DNA of 64,000 bases from Cytophagales bacterium. Lineage in GTDB: Bacteria > Bacteroidota > Bacteroidia > Cytophagales > CCMP332. The translations under genes were made by a program, and so were the position numbers. Below the pieces are notes generated by a model, which saw nothing but the letters and a program-made list of their open reading frames with translations, was not told the DNA's origin and did not search any database. This document shows positions 1 to 9,710 of the stretch, piece after piece; positions within the stretch are counted from its first letter, which is position 1; each line of letters starts with the position of its first letter. The stretch covers positions 22,653 to 86,652 of the forward strand of contig JANQSY010000190.1 in assembly GCA_028279065.1 (NCBI GenBank), in the 5' to 3' direction.

Positions 1-157
1 GGGAATCAATGACTTCCGCATTGACTTGCTCGTTCAATGATTGGGAAAGGACCAGTTTAAACCCTGAAACCAGGTGATCGATCCATTCTTGAATATCCAC
101 CTCCCCTAATTTTTTATTCGTCAGGGAGAGAAACTTTATGTCAGGCTTCGCGGCCAT
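1..157 (-). CDS. hypothetical protein, N-terminal part only (gene runs off the window start)
   Basis: An ATG at 155-157 (minus strand) opens a frame that stays open to position 2 (MAAKPDIKFLSLTNKKLGEVDIQEWIDHLVSGF...). It lies 117 nt downstream of the PP2C phosphatase gene on the same strand. It is too short to appear in the ORF track and has no recognisable motif. Confidence 0.35.
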   Translation of the reverse strand, partial: MAAKPDIKFLSLTNKKLGEVDIQEWIDHLVSGFKLVLSQSLNEQVNAEVIDS

Positions 158-274
158 TAAAGCATGGTTTAATTGGTAGGATTGCTAATAGTAGTATTTC
201 AGTAACTAGTAAATTTATTAAAGTTGTTTGAAAAGGGGAGTTTTTTATAGATTTCCTATAAAAGGGAATAAAGT

Positions 275-2308
275 CTATCGAATTCCCAACCCAATGACGA
301 CGACGTCGTCTATTTGCTCATGATGGTCGCCCATCCATTCCAGTAGGGCTTGATCAAGCAGATCACCCTGAGTCCGAATATCTTGATCAGCAAGCTCTTC
401 AAGAGTTGCTTTAAATCTTTTGGGAAGGTACTTTTTCCCCCTAGGTCCGCCGAATTGGTCGCAATAGCCATCGGAGAAAATATAAATGGAGTCACCTTTC
501 TTCAATTGGATCTCATGAGTGTGGAATTTGATCCCTTGTCCCTCCATAAACCTCCCAATTGGCTTTTTATCGCCTTTGAACTCTTCGATCTTTCCATCCC
601 TTAACAGATAAAGTGGTCGGTAGGCACCGGAAAACTGCATCATTTGGGAATTTTTGTCATAAACACAAAGGGCTATGTCCATTCCGTCGTTGATCGATTC
701 AGCTTCGCTGTCGTCCTTTTGTCTCAGGATGCTGATCACATTTTTGTTTAAACCTTCAAGGATCTCCGAGGCTGAAAGTCCAGGGTGACCCTTTATTGCA
801 TCATTCAGACTATTGTATCCAACCAAGGACATAAAAGCTCCTGGAACTCCATGTCCGGTACAATCCACGGCTGCGAAACAGATCTTATCTCCGTATTCAG
901 CCATCCAGTAAAAATCGCCGCTGACAATGTCCTTGGGTTTGTACAAAACAAAGCAGTTAGGCAAAACACGGCTTACATATTCTTTTGAGGGAAGAATGAC
1001 ATTTTGAATTCTCTTCGCATATTTGATACTATCAGTGATCCTCTCCTGATGCTCTTCAATTTCCTTGTATGCTTTTTCAAGTTCTAGGTTACTTTGGGCA
1101 AGGTTATCTCTTTGAGCTTCGATCTCTTCCTTTTGCTGCGAGATCTCTTGGGTACGCTCCATGACTTTTTGCTCAAGTTCATTGTAGAACTCCTCCAACC
1201 TTTCGAGCATCACATTAAATTTTTCCGAAAGGGTAGTGATCTCATTGTTGCCCCTTACCTCAGCCCGTTCATTAAGATTACCTTCGGTGATCGTAGTAAC
1301 CTTATCGGCAAGCCTTTTTATTGGCGTTGTGATCTTTCTGGATCTTATATAGATCAACCACAGCAGGATCCCCATGGTGACCCCAAAGACCGAAAGCAGC
1401 ATAATGATTTCCCTTCGGATTATGCTTTCATGAGCGGTTCTGTCTGTTATGATCCGAATGACCGAATGTCCGTATAAATTGGATTCCTCCCTTTCGAAGT
1501 AGATGAATTCATATGCAAGGTTGGTTTGCTTGTCGAAGGTCTTCGCGATGGATTTTGATTCCAATGCCCTTTTAAATACAGGGAGATTTTGGTCCATAAT
1601 AACCTTATCGGAATTGAAGGATAGCGGATTTTCATCACCTACGAATAGATCGACCGAAACAACGCTTGCCTGATTCTCGGCTATTTCGTTGAGCTGGGTT
1701 TTTATTCCCTGGACCAATTGAGTAGCATCATCAGAATAGACCCCTAACTCGACTACATAATTTTTGTCAAGGGTAGCTTGGTATGAGTATTTTCTCTTTT
1801 TGTTGGTGTTTTTTTCATCGCCCATCCTTTCGGTCTTGAAGGTACCGTCTTTAAGGACTTCATTTGTTATGAACTCCTGGAACCTGTCCCCGAATTCAAA
1901 GAAGTTCAGACCTGAATCCTGCTTGAAGGTTGTGTTGACAACAACGCCATCATTCCTCATGATATAGATCGCCCATAATTTTGGATCCAATTCATATTCA
2001 TCAAGGATCCTGTTAAGGTTTATATTCTCGATATTATCAAATGCGGGAAACTCTTTATACACGAGAGCATGAGACATTTCCCTCATCTGGGCGTCGAGGT
2101 TTTCCTCAATTAGATGAAGTGTATAATCCTGGAAACGGATAAGGGCTTTAATGTTATCCGAGATGAGTGAATTCTTGGTGGTTTCGGATTCGTTTAAGAG
2201 GTTCTGGGTCCTTAAATAGTTTAGGACAGCAATCAAAAGAATTGCTCCAACAACGGGAAGGATCACGTTCAAAGTGATCTGCCTTTGTATGGTGGTCCTC
2301 TTACTCAT
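275..2308 (-). CDS. membrane sensor serine phosphatase (extracytoplasmic domain, HAMP, coiled coil, PP2C/SpoIIE domain; RsbU-like)
   Basis: 677-aa ORF. It has an N-terminal TM segment, a roughly 270-aa extracytoplasmic region, a second TM segment and a HAMP-like linker (PIKRLADKVTTITEGNLNERAEV...LSEKFNVMLERL). A long coiled coil follows. SpoIIE/PP2C motifs are present: SGDFYW, AAVDCTGHGVPGAFMS, DGMDIALC, SDGYCDQFGG. Confidence 0.85.
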   Translation of the reverse strand: MSKRTTIQRQITLNVILPVVGAILLIAVLNYLRTQNLLNESETTKNSLISDNIKALIRFQDYTLHLIEENLDAQMREMSHALVYKEFPAFDNIENINLNRILDEYELDPKLWAIYIMRNDGVVVNTTFKQDSGLNFFEFGDRFQEFITNEVLKDGTFKTERMGDEKNTNKKRKYSYQATLDKNYVVELGVYSDDATQLVQGIKTQLNEIAENQASVVSVDLFVGDENPLSFNSDKVIMDQNLPVFKRALESKSIAKTFDKQTNLAYEFIYFEREESNLYGHSVIRIITDRTAHESIIRREIIMLLSVFGVTMGILLWLIYIRSRKITTPIKRLADKVTTITEGNLNERAEVRGNNEITTLSEKFNVMLERLEEFYNELEQKVMERTQEISQQKEEIEAQRDNLAQSNLELEKAYKEIEEHQERITDSIKYAKRIQNVILPSKEYVSRVLPNCFVLYKPKDIVSGDFYWMAEYGDKICFAAVDCTGHGVPGAFMSLVGYNSLNDAIKGHPGLSASEILEGLNKNVISILRQKDDSEAESINDGMDIALCVYDKNSQMMQFSGAYRPLYLLRDGKIEEFKGDKKPIGRFMEGQGIKFHTHEIQLKKGDSIYIFSDGYCDQFGGPRGKKYLPKRFKATLEELADQDIRTQGDLLDQALLEWMGDHHEQIDDVVVIGLGIR

Positions 2309-2388
2309 TCAGTCGGCCAAAGGTAAATTTTGTTGTTGACTTTTTCCTTTTCAGAAGTGGATTTAGGATATACTATTTTTAATTCTGC

Positions 2389-5300
2389 TTACCTCGAGAT
2401 CATATCCGAGACCGAGTCGATCAGGCTTGGATGAGTATCTATTAAACGATAGAGTTCCTCTCCGGAGATCAGGTAAATCATTGACACATCCTCTGAAGTA
2501 ACCTTAGCGTTCCTGTCAATTGTCACACCTACCAAGTCTCCAATAACCTTAGGTGCAATATGTTTGGTCTCATCCATGATCAGCGCTCCCTTTTTGACGT
2601 AGGCCAGGTCAAACGAATTTCCGCCTTCTAAAGCTCCAATCCTTTCACCTTTCAAGTACTTTTTCAAAGTGAGGTTATCCGTTATTTCAAGCAGATTGTG
2701 TTTCTGCATATCCTCCAACCCTGTCTGCCTCGAAAGTTCAAGACATAAGTCAAAGGTCAGCAGTCTATCGGTCTTTCTGCCTACAATTCCGATCTGAAAT
2801 AGGTCATGCTGTTTTTCAGGATCCAACCTTGAAACAACCTCTTTAAACTTGTCATCATCTTTTTCCGCCAATATGGCTGTAGCCAGTTCATTGAAAAAGG
2901 GGTCGGAATGGAATATATATGATGTGACTCTTTCAAAGTATTCTTGGAGATTCTTTTCTCCTATATAATGTAGCGCGACCGCTTTCGTCCAGCGCTGCGT
3001 ATAATTATTATCAAGATCCAGAACCTTACCAAGAATATCCTCCGGGGTGGTAATGGAAATCGGGAAAAATGTTTCAAGGAGTCTGACTTTGATGTTTATT
3101 GGAAAATCTTCCAGGAGTGGAAAAAGTCTGTTTTTCAGATCCTCATCAATGAAAAGATCCAGAAGCTCAATCGCGTAATCAGAACTTTCGGGATTTCCCG
3201 CTTCAAGGTTTTCTTTTACGTACGCAACTGATTCAGCATCATAGAGGATTGAAAGAAGAAGGAAAAGAAAATCGTTGGCTTCAACAGACTCTTGCCTGAT
3301 CGCTTCATCGAGCATGGGGTATTCCTCATCACCTTTGATGATATCATTTGCCACTTCAAACCATAAGCACCTGCCTATGGTGTCAAGAAGGGCTGATTTG
3401 ATCCTTGGTTTTTGATGTTCCTGGGCCTCAAAATCCGAGGCTCTTAATGCTATAATTGCTTGTTTAACAACGCGATTGTCAGGGTAGTTGATCTTTTTTA
3501 ACAGATATTCGTGGGATTTTGAACCTCCGATAGACCCAAGCATCCGGATGATCTCTGACAGCATTTCGAAGGAATACCCACTTTTATAAAAAACCTGCTC
3601 GAGCGAAGGAAGAATAGGCTCCCCGATCTCCAGGATGGTAGAATAAGCAGTGCTGTGGTATTCAGGGTCTTCCAGATTTTCAATTAAACGGGGCCAATAT
3701 TCCGGCCAATCCTTTTCTGCAAGTATGGATAAAGCCGTCCTCCGAACCTCCGGGTTGACATCTTTTAAGAGATCCCTATAGATCTTATGGTAGTCGGTAC
3801 CGACATCAGCTGCGATCAAGTGTACGGCAAGTGTCCTTTCGGATGGATCTTTTGAGCTTGCTAATTTTTCGATCTGCTTTTTATCATTCTGAGATTCAAA
3901 CTCCTTTAACCAATTTAAAACCGAATCCAGATCCTTACCTCCATGTGCACCTCCTTCTCTTTTCATTTGCTCCAGAAAGGACTTCTGCTCCACCAAATGG
4001 TCAGATTTTAAATACTCGAAAGCAATCTTCTTTTGTTCTTCTGACCCTTTTTCTAAAATGCCTTTGATCTTATCGGTAAAGAGCCTTTTATCCACCCGAT
4101 TTAGAAGATTAAGGATCATGGCGGATTTCTTAGTGTTATTGAAAAGGATATTGTCAAACAGGTCCCGGAATCTTGGGATATCCTTAATTGTCCTTTCCAG
4201 TTTTTCCCTTCCTCTTGCCAAAGACCTTTCAAGGGCATTCCTGTATCTTTTGTGAAGGTTATTTCCAAAAACCAACCAGGCCACACCTATCGCAATGATC
4301 ATATACAGATAGAAAAGGCCGGACTCAAATGGCAAAAGACCTATTGCCAACAAAATAATTCCTGAAAGTACCGCGGCCCCTTCGTTCACTGATCCATCAA
4401 TTCTTGCTTGGATATCATATCGCACACCTTGGGGTAGTGGTTGATAAAGGATCTTAAAGGCTGGTACCTCAAGACTGGATTTTAATGATTGAGCAAATAA
4501 TTGGGTCAACGCCATAAAAAGGAAGAAGATCGTGATTCCGCCAGTAGCATCGATCACTGTGGAAGTGAAAGTCCCCAGAAGAATGGCAGGAAGAGTTAGA
4601 ATAAGAATAATTACTGGTAGAACCAGCAATACCACTTTTAAACCATATGTCTGCATCAACCTTGAAAAAAGAAAAGTTTTGAAAAGGAATGACAGTATCA
4701 TAATGGTACTTATAAAGAACCCAATGAAATTTGCCAACTCGGTAGGGTCCGGAAACTGTGCCTTAGTTGTAGAAAGGAAATTATTATAAATGAAGAAGAT
4801 GGATAGGGTTGATAAGATCACGAACAGAATCATCAACCGAACATAAGGGGTCTTCCAAGTATTTCTTTTTTCCTGTTTGTTGGAACCTGTTTGGACTGCT
4901 ATGCTCTCCTGGAAATCGCTTGAATACTTGCCCAGCCTAAGTTGTATTAGAAAAGCAAGGAGCATTCCCCCGGCAGAAACATATAATAGGTTTAAAGTTG
5001 AACCCAGGAGGGGGATAAGCAGAGAGGTTGAGAAACCGATGACGATTGCCCCTAGAACTTGACCCGCATCGATCAAACCAAATAATCGTTTTCCCTGCCT
5101 CAAGGAAAAAACCCGGCTGGCCATTCCCCAGAAGGAAAGAAATGCCAAAACCTTGAACGGCCCCATCAAGACGAAAGTAGCGTAAACGATGTCGTCCCCG
5201 TGTATATAACCAAAACTCAACCTGATCACAATCGTCAACAAGATGAGTGAGACAAGGCTGACGTTCATCAGTGCCCGATAGTTAAGTCTGCCCTGGAGAA

Positions 5301-5511
5301 AAGAGAAAAAGGAGGTGATCAATACCCCTATAGCTCCTGAAATTATAAATGCTTTTGGAAGCTCAGATTCAGAAAATTTTTCCAGGAAAAGCGAGGTTGA
5401 GGATATCTCAAGAGAAGCAACGAATACCCCAATAAAAAAGGAGACCATGGTAAAGATCTTGACCTTTCCCCAGTCCCTATCTTCAAGATTTAGGTTTAGA
5501 ATGTTGACCAT
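2389..5511 (-). CDS. multidomain membrane protein: N-terminal ~11-12 TM transporter-like domain (MFS / ATP:ADP-translocase-like), central HEAT/ARM-like repeats, C-terminal cyclic-nucleotide-binding-like domain
   Basis: 1040-aa ORF. About the first 430 aa are consecutive hydrophobic spans. The middle 450 aa is helical repeat-like sequence (e.g. DPSERTLAVHLIA, NPEVRRTALSILAE, DNRVVKQAIIALRA). The last ~140 aa resemble a cNMP-binding beta-roll (LKKYLKGERIGALEGGNSFDLAYVKKGALIM...GDLVGVTIDRNAKVTSEDVSMIYLISGEELYRLI). Domain identities are read by eye. Confidence 0.7.
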   Translation of the reverse strand: MVNILNLNLEDRDWGKVKIFTMVSFFIGVFVASLEISSTSLFLEKFSESELPKAFIISGAIGVLITSFFSFLQGRLNYRALMNVSLVSLILLTIVIRLSFGYIHGDDIVYATFVLMGPFKVLAFLSFWGMASRVFSLRQGKRLFGLIDAGQVLGAIVIGFSTSLLIPLLGSTLNLLYVSAGGMLLAFLIQLRLGKYSSDFQESIAVQTGSNKQEKRNTWKTPYVRLMILFVILSTLSIFFIYNNFLSTTKAQFPDPTELANFIGFFISTIMILSFLFKTFLFSRLMQTYGLKVVLLVLPVIILILTLPAILLGTFTSTVIDATGGITIFFLFMALTQLFAQSLKSSLEVPAFKILYQPLPQGVRYDIQARIDGSVNEGAAVLSGIILLAIGLLPFESGLFYLYMIIAIGVAWLVFGNNLHKRYRNALERSLARGREKLERTIKDIPRFRDLFDNILFNNTKKSAMILNLLNRVDKRLFTDKIKGILEKGSEEQKKIAFEYLKSDHLVEQKSFLEQMKREGGAHGGKDLDSVLNWLKEFESQNDKKQIEKLASSKDPSERTLAVHLIAADVGTDYHKIYRDLLKDVNPEVRRTALSILAEKDWPEYWPRLIENLEDPEYHSTAYSTILEIGEPILPSLEQVFYKSGYSFEMLSEIIRMLGSIGGSKSHEYLLKKINYPDNRVVKQAIIALRASDFEAQEHQKPRIKSALLDTIGRCLWFEVANDIIKGDEEYPMLDEAIRQESVEANDFLFLLLSILYDAESVAYVKENLEAGNPESSDYAIELLDLFIDEDLKNRLFPLLEDFPINIKVRLLETFFPISITTPEDILGKVLDLDNNYTQRWTKAVALHYIGEKNLQEYFERVTSYIFHSDPFFNELATAILAEKDDDKFKEVVSRLDPEKQHDLFQIGIVGRKTDRLLTFDLCLELSRQTGLEDMQKHNLLEITDNLTLKKYLKGERIGALEGGNSFDLAYVKKGALIMDETKHIAPKVIGDLVGVTIDRNAKVTSEDVSMIYLISGEELYRLIDTHPSLIDSVSDMISR

Positions 5512-5540
5512 AGCAGATTACCAAATGGAAATTTAACAAT

Positions 5541-5574
5541 AAAAAGGTCTTTGAATCATAATTCTGACCTTTTT
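5541..5574 (-). terminator. putative rho-independent terminator after the comEA-like gene
   Basis: AAAAAGGTC (5541-5549) pairs with GACCTTTTT (5566-5574) over 9 bp. An inner GAAT/ATTC stem extends the structure. On the minus strand the 3' arm ends in a T5 run, 11 nt after the stop codon at 5585. Confidence 0.45.
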
Positions 5575-5584
5575 GGAAGTGCTA

Positions 5585-6499
5585 TTAAACTGGCTGCGAA
5601 AAATCCAGGTAGGGGAGAAGACGGTATTTCATACGCTCCGAAAGAAAGGGAAATTCCAAAAAGTTCTTCTTTCGGATCCCACTATGCTGCTTTCTGAAAT
5701 TCAGGATTGCTTTCACCTGTTCGTAATCCAGATAAGGATTTCTAAGCAAGGTGTTGAAATCCACTGAATTGATCTTGATCTTATGGATCTGAAAAACCGA
5801 AGTATCGATAGAGACCTGGCCTATGATCCCAACAAAAGCCGAGGAATCAATACCATATACTTCAAGTAATTGAGATTTTGAAATATAACCTCCAATCCGT
5901 TCTCTGTATCTGAGGATCCTGGAGGCGAAAACCGGACCAATTCCTTTTACCAGGATCAACCCTATGGAATCCGCAAGGTTTAGATCAGTTAAATGGTTTT
6001 GGGTGTCTAGCACTTTAGGGCGATCAGGAATTGTTGCTTTTTCAAGATCGGGTTGAATCTGGATTGTTCTTTGGACCAAAAGGTAAGGTGAAACCGAATC
6101 GTAAAACCACTCAGGTAATCCATAGATCTTCTTGATGTCCTCATTATTGAAAAATCTACCTCCTTTGTTTAGGTATTTTTCTATTCGGCTTGCTATTACG
6201 CTGTCTAAGCCTAACTGAATCCATCCTAATTTTGTTTGCTTGTTTGGGTCAAATGGCCCTTTTGGTTTTTGAAAATCAGTTAAAGAAAGGATTTGAGCTT
6301 CATTCTTTTTGTGCAGTTTTTCGGAGAGGCTATCCAACACCGTTATGGAGATATCCAACGGGGGAGCTTCATTAGAATTGGATATAGTTATCCTGACTCC
6401 GATCATGATCACGATAAGGATGGAAAGTACGGTGATACCCCGGGCCTCCTTATCGCTTGTTGCAAAAAGAAAGGAGAACCACCGCGGTGGAAATCTCAT
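5585..6499 (-). CDS. ComEA-like helix-hairpin-helix DNA-binding protein (membrane anchored)
   Basis: 304-aa ORF with an N-terminal TM segment (ITVLSILIVIMIGV). It has a HhH-type motif (LVKGIGPVFASRILRYRERIGGY) and a second C-terminal HhH-like segment (FNTLLRNPYLDYEQVKAILNFRK). Confidence 0.65.
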   Translation of the reverse strand: MRFPPRWFSFLFATSDKEARGITVLSILIVIMIGVRITISNSNEAPPLDISITVLDSLSEKLHKKNEAQILSLTDFQKPKGPFDPNKQTKLGWIQLGLDSVIASRIEKYLNKGGRFFNNEDIKKIYGLPEWFYDSVSPYLLVQRTIQIQPDLEKATIPDRPKVLDTQNHLTDLNLADSIGLILVKGIGPVFASRILRYRERIGGYISKSQLLEVYGIDSSAFVGIIGQVSIDTSVFQIHKIKINSVDFNTLLRNPYLDYEQVKAILNFRKQHSGIRKKNFLEFPFLSERMKYRLLPYLDFSQPV

Positions 6500-6509
6500 G
6501 TTTAGGTCA

Positions 6510-8045
6510 TTACCAGAATTTTTTGATCACGCCTTCTTTTACCTTTCTAATATACTCATCCAGATCGGATTTTATCTCTGGAGCCAGAATATATAATCCG
6601 ATCACATTCGGAAAGGCCATAGCGAAGATCATGGCATCGCTGAAATTGAAAACCTTCTGCATGTTAAGGGCAGCACCAATAATGATGAAAGAACAGAAGA
6701 TAATTTTGTATAGGGTGTCCATCGCTCTGCTTTCCCCGAAAAGGAAAGTCCAGGATTTCAAACCATAGTAAGACCAGGAGATCATAGTGGATAATCCAAA
6801 AAGAATGACCGCAACGGAAAGAACATAAGGGAACCAGGAAAGGGTAGATTCAAAAGCACTACTGGTAAGCTGAACCCCTGTTAGTGATGATGACGGATCA
6901 GCATGATTGGTTACGATGATCACCAAGGCGGTCATAGTACAGACCACAACCGTATCGATGAAAGGTTCTAATAGGGCAACTATTCCCTCCGAAATTGGTT
7001 CCTCGGTTTTTGCAGCTGAGTGGGCAATGGAAGCCGATCCGATCCCTGCTTCATTTGAGAAGGCAGCTCTTCTGAACCCTTGGATCAACACTCCAAGGAA
7101 TCCACCATACAGGGCGTTTGGCGCAAAAGCTCCTACAAAGATTGATCCTATTGCGGCTGGGACCTCTTGTATCCTCACCACCAGAATGATGACAGCAGCC
7201 AAAAGATAGACTCCAACCATAAAGGGAACGATCTTATCTGTTACCCTCACTATGCTTTTGATCCCTCCAATGATAATAAATGCAACCACAACCGCGATCG
7301 CCAGACCAAAAAGCCATTCCCTTCCGAAAAACCAACTTGCGTCCCCTCCGGTTACGTTCACGAACTGCTCGGTCGCTTGATTAATCTGTACCATATTCCC
7401 CCCACCAAATGAACCGCCTATGCAAAAAATGGCAAACATAACTGCGCAGATCTTGCCCAAAAGCGGGAAGCCTTTTTTCTTAAGTCCCTTGGTCAGATAG
7501 TACATCGGACCCCCACTGACACTATTATCTTCATGAACGTCCCTGTACTTCACTCCGAGCGTACATTCCACAAATTTTGACGTCATTCCAAGGAGGCCTG
7601 CCAGAATCATCCAAAACGTAGCCCCTGGACCACCCATTGAAACCGCAATGGCAACACCGGCAATATTTCCCAGGCCAACTGTGCCTGAAAGAGCTGCTGT
7701 TAATGCTTGAAAATGACTGACCTCGCCCGGGTCGTTGGGATCATCATATCTTCCTCTGACTATATCTATTGCATGGCCAAATCCTTTGAAGTTGATGAAT
7801 TTCATGTAATAGGTGAAGAATGCCGCACCTGCTATGAGCCACACCATGACAAAGGGCATGCCTAATCCACCGCCAATAGGAATTTCGAAAAAGATCAGAT
7901 TACCTATCATGTCCAGATAAGGGCCTACAGATTTTTCAATGACCTGGTTTACTCTTTCTTCAAAACTGGATTCACCCGCCACCCCAGGTGAGCATGAACT
8001 TAATAGTGTGATGGCGGAAAGAAGAATGAATGAAACTTTTTTCAT
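6510..8045 (-). CDS. alanine/glycine:cation symporter (AGCS family)
   Basis: 511-aa polytopic ORF with typical AGCS blocks: [68 protein letters not shown]. Confidence 0.9.
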   Translation of the reverse strand: MKKVSFILLSAITLLSSCSPGVAGESSFEERVNQVIEKSVGPYLDMIGNLIFFEIPIGGGLGMPFVMVWLIAGAAFFTYYMKFINFKGFGHAIDIVRGRYDDPNDPGEVSHFQALTAALSGTVGLGNIAGVAIAVSMGGPGATFWMILAGLLGMTSKFVECTLGVKYRDVHEDNSVSGGPMYYLTKGLKKKGFPLLGKICAVMFAIFCIGGSFGGGNMVQINQATEQFVNVTGGDASWFFGREWLFGLAIAVVVAFIIIGGIKSIVRVTDKIVPFMVGVYLLAAVIILVVRIQEVPAAIGSIFVGAFAPNALYGGFLGVLIQGFRRAAFSNEAGIGSASIAHSAAKTEEPISEGIVALLEPFIDTVVVCTMTALVIIVTNHADPSSSLTGVQLTSSAFESTLSWFPYVLSVAVILFGLSTMISWSYYGLKSWTFLFGESRAMDTLYKIIFCSFIIIGAALNMQKVFNFSDAMIFAMAFPNVIGLYILAPEIKSDLDEYIRKVKEGVIKKFW

Positions 8046-8092
8046 AAAGAGATTTTGACCAAGCGGCTAATTTAGAAAAACAGAACTATCCT

Positions 8093-9001
8093 TTATGAAC
8101 GATATTTCAATATGAGCTCCCCGGTTAACTCTAGCCCTTCTTTGAAAGATCTTGGTTGATAACCCAGTTCATCGTTTGCCTTTGAGATATCAAAGCCTGT
8201 TTTTGGTGGCCTTTTGGCCGGTTGGGAGAATTTGCTTCCATCGGTTTCTTTGATAAGGTGTTTGTCCAGTTGAAAGTGATCAGCCACTTTAAGCGCTATT
8301 TCAAAAGGACTCATCATTTCATATCCGGAAACATGAAAGATCCCTTTTGAATTATTCTGGCAGGCAAGTAAGCAACCTTTGGCCAGGTCTTCTGCCAGGG
8401 TAGGGGTTCTCCATTGGTCATTCACTACGGATATTTGTTTCCCAGCTTCCAGTGAATCCTTCACCCAAAGGACAATATTTGATCTGGACATCCGCGGGAC
8501 AATTCCATAGACCAAGACTGTGCGCAGAATTGTATGGTTCTTATCTGAGGCCAGAATTAAATTTTCTGCCGCAAGTTTTGACCATCCATAGTATGAGATC
8601 GGGTTTGGATCATCGGTCTCCTTGTATGGACCTGAAGATCCATCAAACACGAAATCTGTTGAAAGATGGACAAGCATTGCACCGACCTTCTCACAACTAT
8701 CAAGAAGGTATTTAACCGCGTCGATGTTCAAGGCCCGGCACTTTTCCTTTTCGGATTCGCATTGGTCCACATTGGTCATTGCAGCAGTATTGATCAGGTA
8801 ATCGGGTTTGAATTCCTGTATCAAGACATCAACCGCCAATGGATCAGTAATATCCAGGCTCCTGTATTTTGAATCCCCGCTAAGAACAGGGTTTCTGTTC
8901 TCCCCAGAAGAAGTAGCCAGAAACTCAATCCCCTCTTCAGCTAGGAGATCTGAAATCTTCTGGCCCAGGAGGCCATTAGATCCGGTGACAAGTATCCTCA
9001 C
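8093..9001 (-). CDS. RmlD-type NAD(P)-dependent SDR (dTDP-4-dehydrorhamnose reductase-like)
   Basis: 302-aa ORF with an N-terminal Rossmann motif (MRILVTGSNGLLGQ). It also has STDFVFDG and a YGWSK catalytic Y-x3-K, matching the RmlD substrate-binding-domain layout. Confidence 0.75.
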   Translation of the reverse strand: MRILVTGSNGLLGQKISDLLAEEGIEFLATSSGENRNPVLSGDSKYRSLDITDPLAVDVLIQEFKPDYLINTAAMTNVDQCESEKEKCRALNIDAVKYLLDSCEKVGAMLVHLSTDFVFDGSSGPYKETDDPNPISYYGWSKLAAENLILASDKNHTILRTVLVYGIVPRMSRSNIVLWVKDSLEAGKQISVVNDQWRTPTLAEDLAKGCLLACQNNSKGIFHVSGYEMMSPFEIALKVADHFQLDKHLIKETDGSKFSQPAKRPPKTGFDISKANDELGYQPRSFKEGLELTGELILKYRS

Positions 9002-9004
9002 CTT

Positions 9005-9709
9005 TTACTCTTCTTCAGGGAAGATGTAACCGAACTCCTTCTCGATCTTCTTTCGTTTCATTTCCTCCACGGTTACTGTCATGTAGATATTGGTAAAGGG
9101 TCGATTTGCTCTGTCCTTTGGCTGGATTATAATCTTTCCGACTACATCCATTCCGCTGATCACCATTCCGTATACGGTATAATCCAAATCAAGTGGGGCA
9201 TACCCCCCTTCAGTGGTATACCTCTTCTTTTCCTCTGCCGTGTAGTTAATCCCTTTTTGCTGTGCGATTCCATTTAGTTGCTGAGTATTGAATTTGGTTC
9301 CATCAACAATATAGAATTGGCAGCCACTGGATTTTTTTTCAGGATTGACCTGATCCGGCATACGGGCAGCGGCCAGAGCTCCCTTGAAGTGCAGAAATTT
9401 TCGATTGAATTCCCCATCAATTGTGTACCCCGGGCTACCTTGTCCATCATTTCGAGGGTCATCATCCTTGCTATTTGGATCTCCACCCTGGATCATAAAT
9501 GATGGCATTATTCGGTGAAATGTAGTTGAATCATAAAACCCCTCCTTTGCCAGTTTTACGAAATTTTCCTTGTGCTTTGGGGTCTCATCATACAGGAGAA
9601 TTTTTATGTCTCCGTATTCCGTTGAAATAGTTGCCACTGTCTGCTTTTTATTTTTTGAAAAGCCGCAGGAAGTAGCGATCAGAACGATCAGGATAAAAAT
9701 ATTTTTCAT
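9005..9709 (-). CDS. cyclophilin-type peptidyl-prolyl cis-trans isomerase, lipoprotein
   Basis: 234-aa ORF with a lipobox (LIATSC). Cyclophilin motifs are present: FHRIMPSFMIQGGDP and QFYIV. Confidence 0.9.
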   Translation of the reverse strand: MKNIFILIVLIATSCGFSKNKKQTVATISTEYGDIKILLYDETPKHKENFVKLAKEGFYDSTTFHRIMPSFMIQGGDPNSKDDDPRNDGQGSPGYTIDGEFNRKFLHFKGALAAARMPDQVNPEKKSSGCQFYIVDGTKFNTQQLNGIAQQKGINYTAEEKKRYTTEGGYAPLDLDYTVYGMVISGMDVVGKIIIQPKDRANRPFTNIYMTVTVEEMKRKKIEKEFGYIFPEEE

Positions 9710-9710
9710 T

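Noticed and set aside
243-263. An inverted repeat, TTTTATAG-ATTTC-CTATAAAA, follows the phosphatase gene and could be a terminator.
   Set aside because: The stem is almost entirely A/T, and no U-tract follows it on the coding (minus) strand.
2389-5511. A TM domain plus a cNMP-binding domain suggested a Pycsar/CBASS-like membrane effector.
   Set aside because: No nucleotide cyclase is adjacent. The protein is far larger than known effectors, with a 12-TM transporter-like domain and HEAT repeats. The context is housekeeping.
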